A stretch of DNA of 64,000 bases from Brevinematales bacterium (GTDB lineage: Bacteria; Spirochaetota; Brevinematia; Brevinematales; JAOACQ01): positions 7,993 through 71,992 of the forward strand of contig JAGVOW010000080.1 of the NCBI GenBank assembly GCA_020052515.1. Direction: 5' to 3'. This document shows positions 56,711 to 64,000 of the stretch, piece by piece. The notes beneath the pieces were generated by a model, which was not told the DNA's origin, made no database searches, and was given only the letters and a program-made list of their open reading frames with translations. How positions within the stretch are numbered: the first letter of the stretch is position 1; each line of letters opens with the position of its first letter. Made by a program: the position numbers and the translations under genes.

Positions 56711-56766
56711 CGCCTCACCCCCTAACCCCCTCTCCAAGCTTGGAGAGGGGGTTAGGGGGTGAGGCG
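56711..56766. repeat. Perfect 56-bp G-run/C-run palindrome in the rpoB-rpoC spacer
   Basis: CGCCTCACCCCCTAACCCCCTCTCCAAG|CTTGGAGAGGGGGTTAGGGGGTGAGGCG. I checked that the two 28-nt arms are exact reverse complements. Centred on AAGCTT. Confidence 0.95.
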
Positions 56767-56774
56767 CACGTCAC

Positions 56775-59700
56775 TTATATCAAATGTACCTTCATATCTA
56801 TCAATTCTTTTTCTTTATCGTTCAATGGCACGCGTTTTCCACTTTTATCATATACCTGAATATCCAGAGCCAATCCTCGAAGTTCCTGTACCAAAACATT
56901 AAAGGATTCCGGAATGCCAGGCGAAGACGCGTACTTCCCTTTTATAATTCCCTCATAAATTCTTACTCTTCCTTCTGTGTCATCCGATTTTATCGTAAGC
57001 ATTTCCTGAAGGAGATTTGCCGCGCCATAAGCTTCGAGAGCCCAGACTTCCATTTCTCCAAGCCTCTGGCCTCCAAAATTGGCCTTTCCTCTGAGAGGCT
57101 GCTGGGTCACCAATGAATAAGGGCCCACTGAACGGGAATGAATCTTGTCGTCCACCATATGGTGCAGTTTCATAATATACATAACCCCTACAAAAACAGG
57201 CCTCTTAAAGTCTTCACCTGATTTTCCGTCACGCAATTGAAACTTCCCGCTTTTTTGAAGCTTTACTCTCTCATAATATTTCAATATATCCTTTTCACTT
57301 TCTCCATAATTTTTTCTTTCAAGAAGAAGCTCTTTTTTCAATTTCGCATTTCCTTTGTCTATTTCTTCTTCTATTTCACTCAGAGTAGCGCCTTCAAACA
57401 CAGGGCACTCATACTTCACTCCAAGTTTCCAGCCGGCCAACCCCAGCAGACTATCAAAGAGCTGCCCCAGATTCATACGACTGGGCACGCCCAGAGGGTT
57501 CAACACAATATCAACCGGCGTTCCATCCGGAAGAAAAGGCATATCTTTCTCGGAAAGCACACGAGAAATCACACCTTTATTACCATGCCTTCCAGCGATT
57601 TTATCACCCGGTTTAATCTTTCTTTTTTTCGCAATATAGACTTTCACAAGCTTCAGCACACCAGGCGCCAGTTCATCTCCATTCTCCGCCGTGAAAACCT
57701 TCACATCGACCACCACTCCGCCTTCTCCATGCGGCACTCTTAGCGATGTGTCCCGGACATCTTTTGCTTTCTCTCCAAATATCGCATGAAGAAGCCTGAA
57801 TTCAGGCGTTTCTGTCGGCTCGCCTTTTGGAGTAACTTTGCCCACCAATATATCGCCCGGCTTGACATAAGCACCTACGCGAATAATGCCTTCTTCACTC
57901 AAATTTTTGAGCGCTTCTTCGCCGACATTCGGGATTTCAGAAGTAATATCTTCACTTCCCAGCTTTGTCTCCAAACTCTTACATTCAAAAACAGTCGTAT
58001 AAACCGATGTAAAATCATCATTTTTCAAAAGCTTTTCACTGATCAGTACTGCGTCTTCATAGTTGTACCCATTCCATGGCATAAACGCGACAAGAATGTT
58101 CTTTCCCAGGGCCATTTCTCCATCTTCGCTCGCAAAGCCATCCGCCAGCAAACTCCCTTTCTTAACTACATCTCCCTCATTCACTACCGGTTTTTGATTA
58201 AAACTTGTATCCTGATTAGTCCGCCTGAATTTCACCAAATCATATTTCTTTATTTCTTTCTTATCCTGCACTTCAATACTTTTAGAGTCTACCCTGACCA
58301 CTTTTCCATTTCCCTCTGAAAGCACAACCGCTCTAGAATCTCGCGCAACATAAGCTTCCATACCGGTACCTACAATCGGAGATTCCGATTGTAGAAGCGG
58401 CACAGCCTGCCTCTGCATGTTCGATCCCATCAAGGCGCGGTTAGCGTCATCATGTTCAATAAATGGTATAATAGAAGCCGACACTGAAAGAATCTGTTTT
58501 GGAGACACATCCATTAATTGTATCTTCTCACTGGGTACAAGCTCAAACTCTCCTCTGATATGCGCCTGAACAAAATCTTCAATAATCTCACCCTTCTCGT
58601 TCACTTTCGCGCTTGCCTGAGCTATATAAAAATTCTCTTCTTCTGTCGCGGAGAAGAAACGAATTTCATCTGTCAGCTTTTTATCCTTTACCACAATATA
58701 AGGGGTTTCCAGAAAGCCGTAAGAATTGACGTTAGCGTAAGTAGATAAAGAAACAATCAGCCCAATATTCGGGCCTTCCGGCGTCTCAATCGGACAAACT
58801 CTTCCATAATGCGTGTTGTGAACGTCTCGCACTTCAAAGCCGGCCCTATCCCGGGACAAACCGCCTGGGCCAAGCGCAGAAAGCCTTCTTTTATGAGTTA
58901 ATTCTGAAATCGGATTAGTTTGATCCATAAACTGCGAAAGCTGGCTCATCCCAAAAAAGTCATTCAAAGCCGATACAATCGGTTTAATAGCAATAATACT
59001 TTGCGGAGTCAGATCTTCCATTTCACGAGAGGACAGTTTTTCATGAATCGATTTCTCGACTTTCGCGAAAGCTGTGAGCAATTGATTGACAATCAGCTCA
59101 TTCACGTTCCTTACCCTTCTATTTCCGAGATGATCCACATCATCTAAACTGGTTTGTTTGTTGTATACCTTTATCAAATGATGAAGCGTCCTGACAATAT
59201 CCTCAAAAGAAAGCGTTCTTTGTTCTAAAAAGGATTTTTTCTCTTCCGCTGTCGCGTCTGGATAAAGCTTAAGAACCAGCTTGTATCTTCCAACTTCGCC
59301 CAGATCATACATTTTAGGGCTGAAAAACATATTATGAAGCTCTTTTACGATACTTTCTAAAGGCGCCGCTTCACCGGGGTGCAGAATGCTGTAGATTTTT
59401 TTGATCGCTTTATTGACAGCGTCTTTTGTGTCATCTTTTTCTAATGTATTGATAATCGGCCTATTTTCCACCACCGATTTAGGATCAATGATTTTAATAA
59501 CCGTCTTGCCCTTTTGATAAAGCTGATTGATGCTGTTTGGAAATAACTTTTCCACCGCGCCAACCACAACATTGTTTTCATCATCCAGCACATCTTCGGC
59601 CACGTATTTCCCTACCAGCCTCGAAACAGCCTCATCCTTTTCAATACGGGATAAATCAATTTTCCTGACCTTAAAGAACGCGTTTATAATATCCGCTGTG

Positions 59701-60302
59701 CTCATTTCCAGAGCGCGTAAAAACATTGTTACCAGGACTTTCCTGCGCGAATCAATACGGACATACATCAAATCTTTTTTTGTATCAATGATAAACTCAA
59801 GCCAGGAACCCTTCTCCGGTACAATTTTGGAAGAAAACTCTTTGTTTTTGTAGCTGAAAAGCACGCCAGGGGATTTATAAATTTGATTGACCACGACCCT
59901 CTCGGCACCATTAAAAATAAAAGTACCGCGTTTAGTCATTAAAGGAAAGTCGCCAATATAAATATCCTTTTCTTTGATCTCCCCGGTTTTTCTGTCAATC
60001 AAACGAAAAATTGCCTTGATCGGCACACTAAAAGTTAAATTTTTATCAAAACATTCATCTTCGGTGTATTTACAAGTCCCCATCTCATAGCCAACATACT
60101 CAATAACTATCTCTCCATTCGCCCCTTCTATCGGGAAAAAGCTTTTGAACACATGCTCCAGGCCCTTGCTTTCCCTATCCTTAATGCTTTTATCCATTTG
60201 AAGAAAATCTTTAAAAGATCGAAGCTGAATATCCAGCAAATCAGGAAGAGGAGCTCGGTCCTTATGACTTGAGAAGCTAACTCTTTTACTTTCTATTGCC
60301 AT
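56775..60302 (-). CDS. rpoB: DNA-directed RNA polymerase beta subunit
   Basis: 1175 aa. Conserved blocks FMDQTNPISELTHKRRLSALGPGGL, GRHGNKGV and NLGQ. Followed by rpoC. Confidence 0.97.
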   Translation of the reverse strand: MAIESKRVSFSSHKDRAPLPDLLDIQLRSFKDFLQMDKSIKDRESKGLEHVFKSFFPIEGANGEIVIEYVGYEMGTCKYTEDECFDKNLTFSVPIKAIFRLIDRKTGEIKEKDIYIGDFPLMTKRGTFIFNGAERVVVNQIYKSPGVLFSYKNKEFSSKIVPEKGSWLEFIIDTKKDLMYVRIDSRRKVLVTMFLRALEMSTADIINAFFKVRKIDLSRIEKDEAVSRLVGKYVAEDVLDDENNVVVGAVEKLFPNSINQLYQKGKTVIKIIDPKSVVENRPIINTLEKDDTKDAVNKAIKKIYSILHPGEAAPLESIVKELHNMFFSPKMYDLGEVGRYKLVLKLYPDATAEEKKSFLEQRTLSFEDIVRTLHHLIKVYNKQTSLDDVDHLGNRRVRNVNELIVNQLLTAFAKVEKSIHEKLSSREMEDLTPQSIIAIKPIVSALNDFFGMSQLSQFMDQTNPISELTHKRRLSALGPGGLSRDRAGFEVRDVHNTHYGRVCPIETPEGPNIGLIVSLSTYANVNSYGFLETPYIVVKDKKLTDEIRFFSATEEENFYIAQASAKVNEKGEIIEDFVQAHIRGEFELVPSEKIQLMDVSPKQILSVSASIIPFIEHDDANRALMGSNMQRQAVPLLQSESPIVGTGMEAYVARDSRAVVLSEGNGKVVRVDSKSIEVQDKKEIKKYDLVKFRRTNQDTSFNQKPVVNEGDVVKKGSLLADGFASEDGEMALGKNILVAFMPWNGYNYEDAVLISEKLLKNDDFTSVYTTVFECKSLETKLGSEDITSEIPNVGEEALKNLSEEGIIRVGAYVKPGDILVGKVTPKGEPTETPEFRLLHAIFGEKAKDVRDTSLRVPHGEGGVVVDVKVFTAENGDELAPGVLKLVKVYIAKKRKIKPGDKIAGRHGNKGVISRVLSEKDMPFLPDGTPVDIVLNPLGVPSRMNLGQLFDSLLGLAGWKLGVKYECPVFEGATLSEIEEEIDKGNAKLKKELLLERKNYGESEKDILKYYERVKLQKSGKFQLRDGKSGEDFKRPVFVGVMYIMKLHHMVDDKIHSRSVGPYSLVTQQPLRGKANFGGQRLGEMEVWALEAYGAANLLQEMLTIKSDDTEGRVRIYEGIIKGKYASSPGIPESFNVLVQELRGLALDIQVYDKSGKRVPLNDKEKELIDMKVHLI

Positions 60303-60336
60303 AAATACACTCCACTTATTTTAGTTATAAATACAA

Positions 60337-60372
60337 TTTTCCCCTTCTTTCATTACACAAAGAAGGGGAAAA
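60337..60372 (-). terminator. Stem-loop in the rplL-rpoB spacer (candidate partial terminator/attenuator)
   Basis: TTTTCCCCTTCTTT-(8 nt)-AAAGAAGGGGAAAA inverted repeat, 57 nt after the rplL stop. No clean U-tract follows, so attenuation rather than full termination is assumed. Confidence 0.4.
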
Positions 60373-60429
60373 TACTATCAGATCGTTTTCAATAGGTTTA
60401 AGAAGTGCCTCAAATAAAGGAATGACAAA

Positions 60430-60816
60430 CTATTTTACTTCAACAACCGCACCTGCTTCCTCAAGTTCTTTTTTCAACTTGTCCGCATCCGCTTTGGAAA
60501 CATTTTCTTTCACCGCTGTTTTTCCGCCGCCTTCTGTCAATTCTTTAGCCTCTTTCAATCCAAGCCCGGTTACATTTCTAACCACTTTAATCACTTCGAT
60601 CTTCTTCGCGCCAGCATCTTTGATAAACACAGAAACTGTAGAAGATTCTTCAGCAGCAGGCGCTGCAGCACCAGCTCCCGGCATTGGGCCTGCAAAAGCC
60701 ACAGGCGCTGCGGCCTTCACGTCAAACTTTTCTTCAATCGCCTTTCTCAGCTCATTCAACTCTAATACTGTCATATTAGAAATCAGCTCAATCACCTGAT
60801 TAATCTTATCCGCCAT
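60430..60816 (-). CDS. rplL: 50S ribosomal protein L7/L12
   Basis: Ala/Gly-rich hinge, then [26 protein letters not shown] ... [15 protein letters not shown]. Confidence 0.95.
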   Translation of the reverse strand: MADKINQVIELISNMTVLELNELRKAIEEKFDVKAAAPVAFAGPMPGAGAAAPAAEESSTVSVFIKDAGAKKIEVIKVVRNVTGLGLKEAKELTEGGGKTAVKENVSKADADKLKKELEEAGAVVEVK

Positions 60817-60846
60817 AAACTATCTCCTTATAAATTATATTTGAAA

Positions 60847-61362
60847 TTAACCTTTTTTCTTTTCCAGCGCTTCAATCGTACCAACAAAAGAAGTCATCAC
60901 TCCATTCAAGGTCCCAACAAAACTCGACAGCACAGAATTGAGGCCGCCGGCAATCATAGAAAGAAGCTCTTTTCTGGAAGGCATTTTCGACAAAGCAATC
61001 ACGCTGTCTTTATCCAGTACCTGCCCATCCACATAACCCGCTTTAATCACAAACTTCTCATTCTCTTTTGAATAATCCGCCAGGGATTTTAAAAGTTTCA
61101 TAACATCTTCTTTTGAAGAAAAAAGAATGGTGTTGTTCTTAAGATAAGGCTCCATACCATTTATATTTGAACCTTCAAAAGCTTTTTTTAAAAGATTGTT
61201 TTTTACAACTTTCGCCCGGCCGCCATCCTTTACCACTTTCTTACGTAAAGTCTCTAACTCAAGCACCGTCATGCTCTTGAAATCACCCAGAACAACGCCC
61301 TGAACCTCTTTCAAGTCCCCTTTAATGCTATCTACCAATTCAATTTTATCCTTTTTAGGCAT
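60847..61362 (-). CDS. rplJ: 50S ribosomal protein L10
   Basis: 171 aa. Lies at the L10 position between rplA and rplL, with an L10-like profile (LTVLELETLRKK). Confidence 0.9.
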   Translation of the reverse strand: MPKKDKIELVDSIKGDLKEVQGVVLGDFKSMTVLELETLRKKVVKDGGRAKVVKNNLLKKAFEGSNINGMEPYLKNNTILFSSKEDVMKLLKSLADYSKENEKFVIKAGYVDGQVLDKDSVIALSKMPSRKELLSMIAGGLNSVLSSFVGTLNGVMTSFVGTIEALEKKKG

Positions 61363-61387
61363 AAGAACCTTCCTTAATTATTTCGTT

Positions 61388-62101
61388 TTAAACGGCAATC
61401 TTCTTAAAATCAATATTAACCGCCGGACTCATTGTAGAAGATATTACCATTGTCTTAATATAGTCGCCTTTTAAATCAGCCGGTTTGTTTTTTATCAGCA
61501 CCTTATGAATAGCCAGGGCATTTTCATACAAAGCTTCCGGAGCAAGGGATTTTTTACCGACTACCACATGTACATTGCCTGTTTTATCAGCGCGGACCTC
61601 AACTTTTCCAGCTTTAAATTCTTTGATCACTCTATCTACGTCAGTAGTCACTGTACCTGTTTTCGGGTTAGGCATCATTTTCCTTCTGCCCAGAATAGGA
61701 GCAATCTTTCCCAATATCTTCATCATATCCGGTGTAGCCAGAACCGCATCAAAATCCAGCCAGCCGCCCTGTATTTTTTCTACCAGGTCTTCTCCGCCCA
61801 CATAATCAGCACCAGCGCTCAAAGCCTCATTTGCTTTATCGCCGGCAGCAAAAGCCAAAACCCTTACCTTTTTGCCGATAGAATGAGGAAGCACTACCAC
61901 ATCGCGAATAGTATGTTTCTGCTTAATATTGAGCTTATAACTCAAATCAACGGACTCATCAAATTTAGCAACCGCTATCTCCTTCGCAAGCTTTGTTCCT
62001 TCTTCCAAAGAATGCAACTGCGCCAAATCGTTCTTTTCAATCAGCGATAAATATCTCTTTCCGCCTTTATAAACAATTCCATTTTTCTTTAAACTTTTCA
62101 T
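61388..62101 (-). CDS. rplA: 50S ribosomal protein L1
   Basis: [14 protein letters not shown] ... VLATPDMM...GKI..ILG.R..MPNPK.GTVT. Confidence 0.95.
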   Translation of the reverse strand: MKSLKKNGIVYKGGKRYLSLIEKNDLAQLHSLEEGTKLAKEIAVAKFDESVDLSYKLNIKQKHTIRDVVVLPHSIGKKVRVLAFAAGDKANEALSAGADYVGGEDLVEKIQGGWLDFDAVLATPDMMKILGKIAPILGRRKMMPNPKTGTVTTDVDRVIKEFKAGKVEVRADKTGNVHVVVGKKSLAPEALYENALAIHKVLIKNKPADLKGDYIKTMVISSTMSPAVNIDFKKIAV

Positions 62102-62536
62102 TTAGCCCTCCACCTCTATGCCCATATTTACAGCGGTTCCCGCAATAATCTTAATCGCGCCCTCAATATCGTTCGCGTTTAAATCACTCATCTTTAATTC
62201 CGCTATTTTCTTCAATTGATCTCTGGAGATCTTACCGACTTTCTGCTTGTTAGGAGCAGCGGAACCCTTTTCTATCCCCAGCTCTTTTTTAATCAGATTA
62301 GAAGCCGGCGGCGTTTTTGTGATAAAAGTAAAAGACCTATCTTCAAAAACCGAAACAATAACCGGTATCACAAAACCCGTTTTATCTTTTGTGACTTCGT
62401 TGAACTGCTTGCAAAAATCCATCAGCGGCACGCCATGAGGCCCTAAAGCTGTGCCTACCGGAGGAGCCGGATTAGCCTGCCCAGCAGGAATCTGCATTTT
62501 TACCATTGCCTTTAATTTTTTACCTTTCACTGCCAT
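62102..62536 (-). CDS. rplK: 50S ribosomal protein L11
   Basis: [31 protein letters not shown]. Confidence 0.95.
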   Translation of the reverse strand: MAVKGKKLKAMVKMQIPAGQANPAPPVGTALGPHGVPLMDFCKQFNEVTKDKTGFVIPVIVSVFEDRSFTFITKTPPASNLIKKELGIEKGSAAPNKQKVGKISRDQLKKIAELKMSDLNANDIEGAIKIIAGTAVNMGIEVEG

Positions 62537-62559
62537 TTTATTCTCCTTTCATCCCTGAG

Positions 62560-63120
62560 CTAAACTTTTTGAACTTGATTAAATTCCAGCTCTACAGGAG
62601 TCAATCTTCCAAAAATTTCCACTCTTACCGTAAGATAATTTTTATCATTGTGCACTTCCTGTATTTCGCCCTCAAAGTCCTTAAACGGGCCTTCGTTGAT
62701 TTTCACTTTCTCACCAACAGAATATCCGGATTCCAGCTTAGCGACATTCAATTTGATTTCACCCGTCTTTTCAAAAATAGATTTAACATCATCATAGGCC
62801 AGCGGAGAAGGCCTTTTCTCGGAATTTCCACCAGATAAAAACATGCCCACACCATTTACGCCGCGAATATCAGCGTAAACCCTTTTCCACAAAACCTCAT
62901 CATCTGGTAAATCAAGCTCAGCGAGAATGTATCCAGGATAAAGATTTCTTTTCCTGGTTATTTTCTTGTTTTTTCTCTCGACAATATACTCTTCTTCAGG
63001 CACACGAACATCCAGCAAAACATCTTTAAGCGTCCCGGAATTTTTCTTCAACAGCAAACCGCTCATCGCTTTTTTCTCATAGCCTGTATAGACCTGAATA
63101 ACAAACCAACCTCTAGCCAT
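62560..63120 (-). CDS. nusG: Transcription termination/antitermination factor NusG
   Basis: WFVIQVYTGYEKK NGN start. C-terminal KOW motif GEKVKINEGPFKDFEGEI. Confidence 0.93.
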   Translation of the reverse strand: MARGWFVIQVYTGYEKKAMSGLLLKKNSGTLKDVLLDVRVPEEEYIVERKNKKITRKRNLYPGYILAELDLPDDEVLWKRVYADIRGVNGVGMFLSGGNSEKRPSPLAYDDVKSIFEKTGEIKLNVAKLESGYSVGEKVKINEGPFKDFEGEIQEVHNDKNYLTVRVEIFGRLTPVELEFNQVQKV

Positions 63121-63121
63121 A

Positions 63122-63370
63122 CTACTTCAATAACCCCGTCATAATCAGATTAATCACATAATCAACAACACTCAATGCTAAGGAAAAACAGACTATAAAA
63201 GCGATCGTAATCAGCGCAGAGCTGGTTGCCTGTTCTTTAGAAGGCCATGTCACCTTCTTTAATTCTTGATAGCTCTCTTTAAAAAAACTTCTATTAGAAA
63301 AGAAAACAATCACCCCAACGATCACTACCAGGCCTAAAACAGCCCAACCAAAAAAATCCTTACCAAACAT
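63122..63370 (-). CDS. secE: Preprotein translocase subunit SecE
   Basis: ELKKVTWPSKEQ followed by a C-terminal TM helix. The ATG at 63370 has an AAGGGAG RBS. The longer ORF to 63418 runs into tRNA-Trp. Confidence 0.85.
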   Translation of the reverse strand: MFGKDFFGWAVLGLVVIVGVIVFFSNRSFFKESYQELKKVTWPSKEQATSSALITIAFIVCFSLALSVVDYVINLIMTGLLK

Positions 63371-63387
63371 AAAGTCTCCCTTATCTT

Positions 63388-63460
63388 CAGGCCTGGAGGG
63401 AATTGAACCCCCAACCAACGGTTTTGGAGACCGCTACTCTGCCAATTGAGCTACAGGCCT
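63388..63460 (-). tRNA. tRNA-Trp (anticodon CCA)
   Basis: Hand-folded cloverleaf: acceptor AGGCCTG/CAGGCCT, anticodon loop CTCCAAA, T-loop TTCAATT. Classic rpmG-tRNA-Trp-secE position. Confidence 0.9.
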
Positions 63461-63476
63461 ATATTTTAGCTTTCAG

Positions 63477-63629
63477 CTATTTTACTTCCTTATGTGCTGT
63501 GTGTTTTTTACACCTTGGGCAAAACTTCTTTATATTTAATTTTACCCTCTGTTGAACCATTTCTTTTGTTTTGTTAGTCGTATAATTTCTTTCGCCGCAA
63601 ACTTCACATTCCATCGTAACGATCTGCAT
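63477..63629 (-). CDS. rpmG: 50S ribosomal protein L33 (Cys4 form, 50 aa)
   Basis: MQIVTMECEVCGERNYTTNKTKEMVQQRVKLNIKKFCPRCKKHTAHKEVK. GGAG RBS. The longer ORF to 63704 overlaps tRNA-Thr. Confidence 0.9.
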   Translation of the reverse strand: MQIVTMECEVCGERNYTTNKTKEMVQQRVKLNIKKFCPRCKKHTAHKEVK

Positions 63630-63662
63630 AAAAATCTCCGTAGATATATTGCCAAATTCCTT

Positions 63663-63735
63663 AGCCCACAGGCGGGATTGAACCGCCGACCCCCTCCTTA
63701 CCATGGAGGTGCTCTACCATCTGAGCTATATGGGC
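63663..63735 (-). tRNA. tRNA-Thr (anticodon GGT)
   Basis: Hand-folded cloverleaf: acceptor GCCCATA/TGTGGGC, anticodon loop ATGGTAA, T-loop TTCAATC. 73 nt. Confidence 0.85.
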
Positions 63736-63749
63736 TCGTAGCATTTTTA

Positions 63750-63779
63750 ATTATACCATGGTTTTAGATAAAAAGTCAA
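63750..63779 (-). promoter_or_regulatory. Predicted promoter heading the tRNA-Thr/rpmG/secE/nusG block (TTGACT-18-TATAAT)
   Basis: Minus strand reads TTGACT ttttatctaaaaccatgg TATAAT and ends 14 nt before the tRNA-Thr 5' end. Confidence 0.5.
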
Positions 63780-63865
63780 AAAAAATAATAGTTGTTTAAT
63801 CAGTTAATAGCTTAAATAGTGATTACTTGAAAAAATTGTGTTTAAGTAGTAAAATAAAGGGGATT

Positions 63866-64000
63866 ATGAAGATGCCTTTGTTTGTCGAAAGAACGAATTA
63901 CCTGGGAGAAAAACGCATTCCCTTCTTTTTTCTGGTTGATTTTGAAATGGAAGACCCCTTGATAGTAATAGAAAATCAAGCGGACTGCCCGGAAGTGTTT
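63866..64000 (+). CDS. 5' fragment of an unidentified gene running off-window
   Basis: ATG preceded by an AAAGGGGA RBS. My translation is MKMPLFVERTNYLGEKRIPFFFLVDFEMEDPLIVIENQADCPEVF. It vaguely recalls N-termini of small chorismate-utilising (PabB-like) enzymes, but I cannot support that assignment. Confidence 0.3.
   Translation, partial: MKMPLFVERTNYLGEKRIPFFFLVDFEMEDPLIVIENQADCPEVF

Noticed and set aside
52948-60799. Many plus-strand ORFs of 60-180 aa inside rpoC, rpoB and rplL (for example 57237..57743, 57786..58319, 60422..60799).
   Set aside because: They lie antisense to very well supported, highly conserved genes. Their low-complexity or odd composition mirrors the sense-strand codons, and they have no RBS or homology features. 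They are spurious shadow ORFs.

Overview
This is an AT-rich bacterial chromosome segment. It probably comes from a diderm organism, because it has LolCD-like genes, an OmpA-domain protein and many predicted beta-barrel proteins. I cannot assign a taxon from sequence alone. Most of the window is housekeeping.

Layout:
- 1-3.3 kb: the tail of a glycan-synthesis locus (epimerase fragment, GT2, B12-type radical SAM) plus a decayed HEPN/nucleotidyltransferase pair.
- 3.4-7.4 kb: DUF503-rnhB-rplS-trmD-rimM-rpsP on the minus strand, diverging from tRNA-Phe-rpmH-rnpA-yidD on the plus strand.
- 7.4-16.5 kb: the only clearly accessory envelope cluster. It holds a polytopic PP2C/SpoIIE sensor phosphatase, a small OMP, an orphan CapA-like protein, and a two-gene predicted outer-membrane beta-barrel module present as a tandem duplicate (A1-B1, A2-B2).
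- 16.5-33.7 kb: xerC/D-like recombinase, acpP, an OmpA-domain protein, a tail-anchored hypothetical, lolC/lolD-like, ilvE, dedA, a PIN-TRAM protein, ispF, thrC, lepB, murI, cimA, an orphan DUF58 and a TPR-NHL-VWA protein.
- 33.9-63.7 kb: one uninterrupted minus-strand block, tRNA-Thr-rpmG-tRNA-Trp-secE-nusG-rplKAJL-rpoBC-rpsLG-fusA-tuf-S10-spc-alpha.

I found no rRNA, CRISPR array, transposase or phage genes.

Most unusual signals:
1. The duplicated, translationally coupled A/B beta-barrel module, whose families I do not recognise.
2. A GC-rich palindrome family (GGCGCGG TTAATTAA CCGCGCC) with three identical cores. The lower stems differ between loci but stay complementary. One copy supplies the thrC stop codon, and two copies bracket lepB.
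3. A G/C-run hairpin family, including a perfect 56-bp palindrome in the rpoB-rpoC spacer.
4. A degenerate 21-nt periodic array downstream of murI.

I do not see a clear defence-type or otherwise obviously novel multi-gene system. The A/B module and the repeat families are the best candidates, and all functional ideas about them are inference. No database or structure searches could be run.
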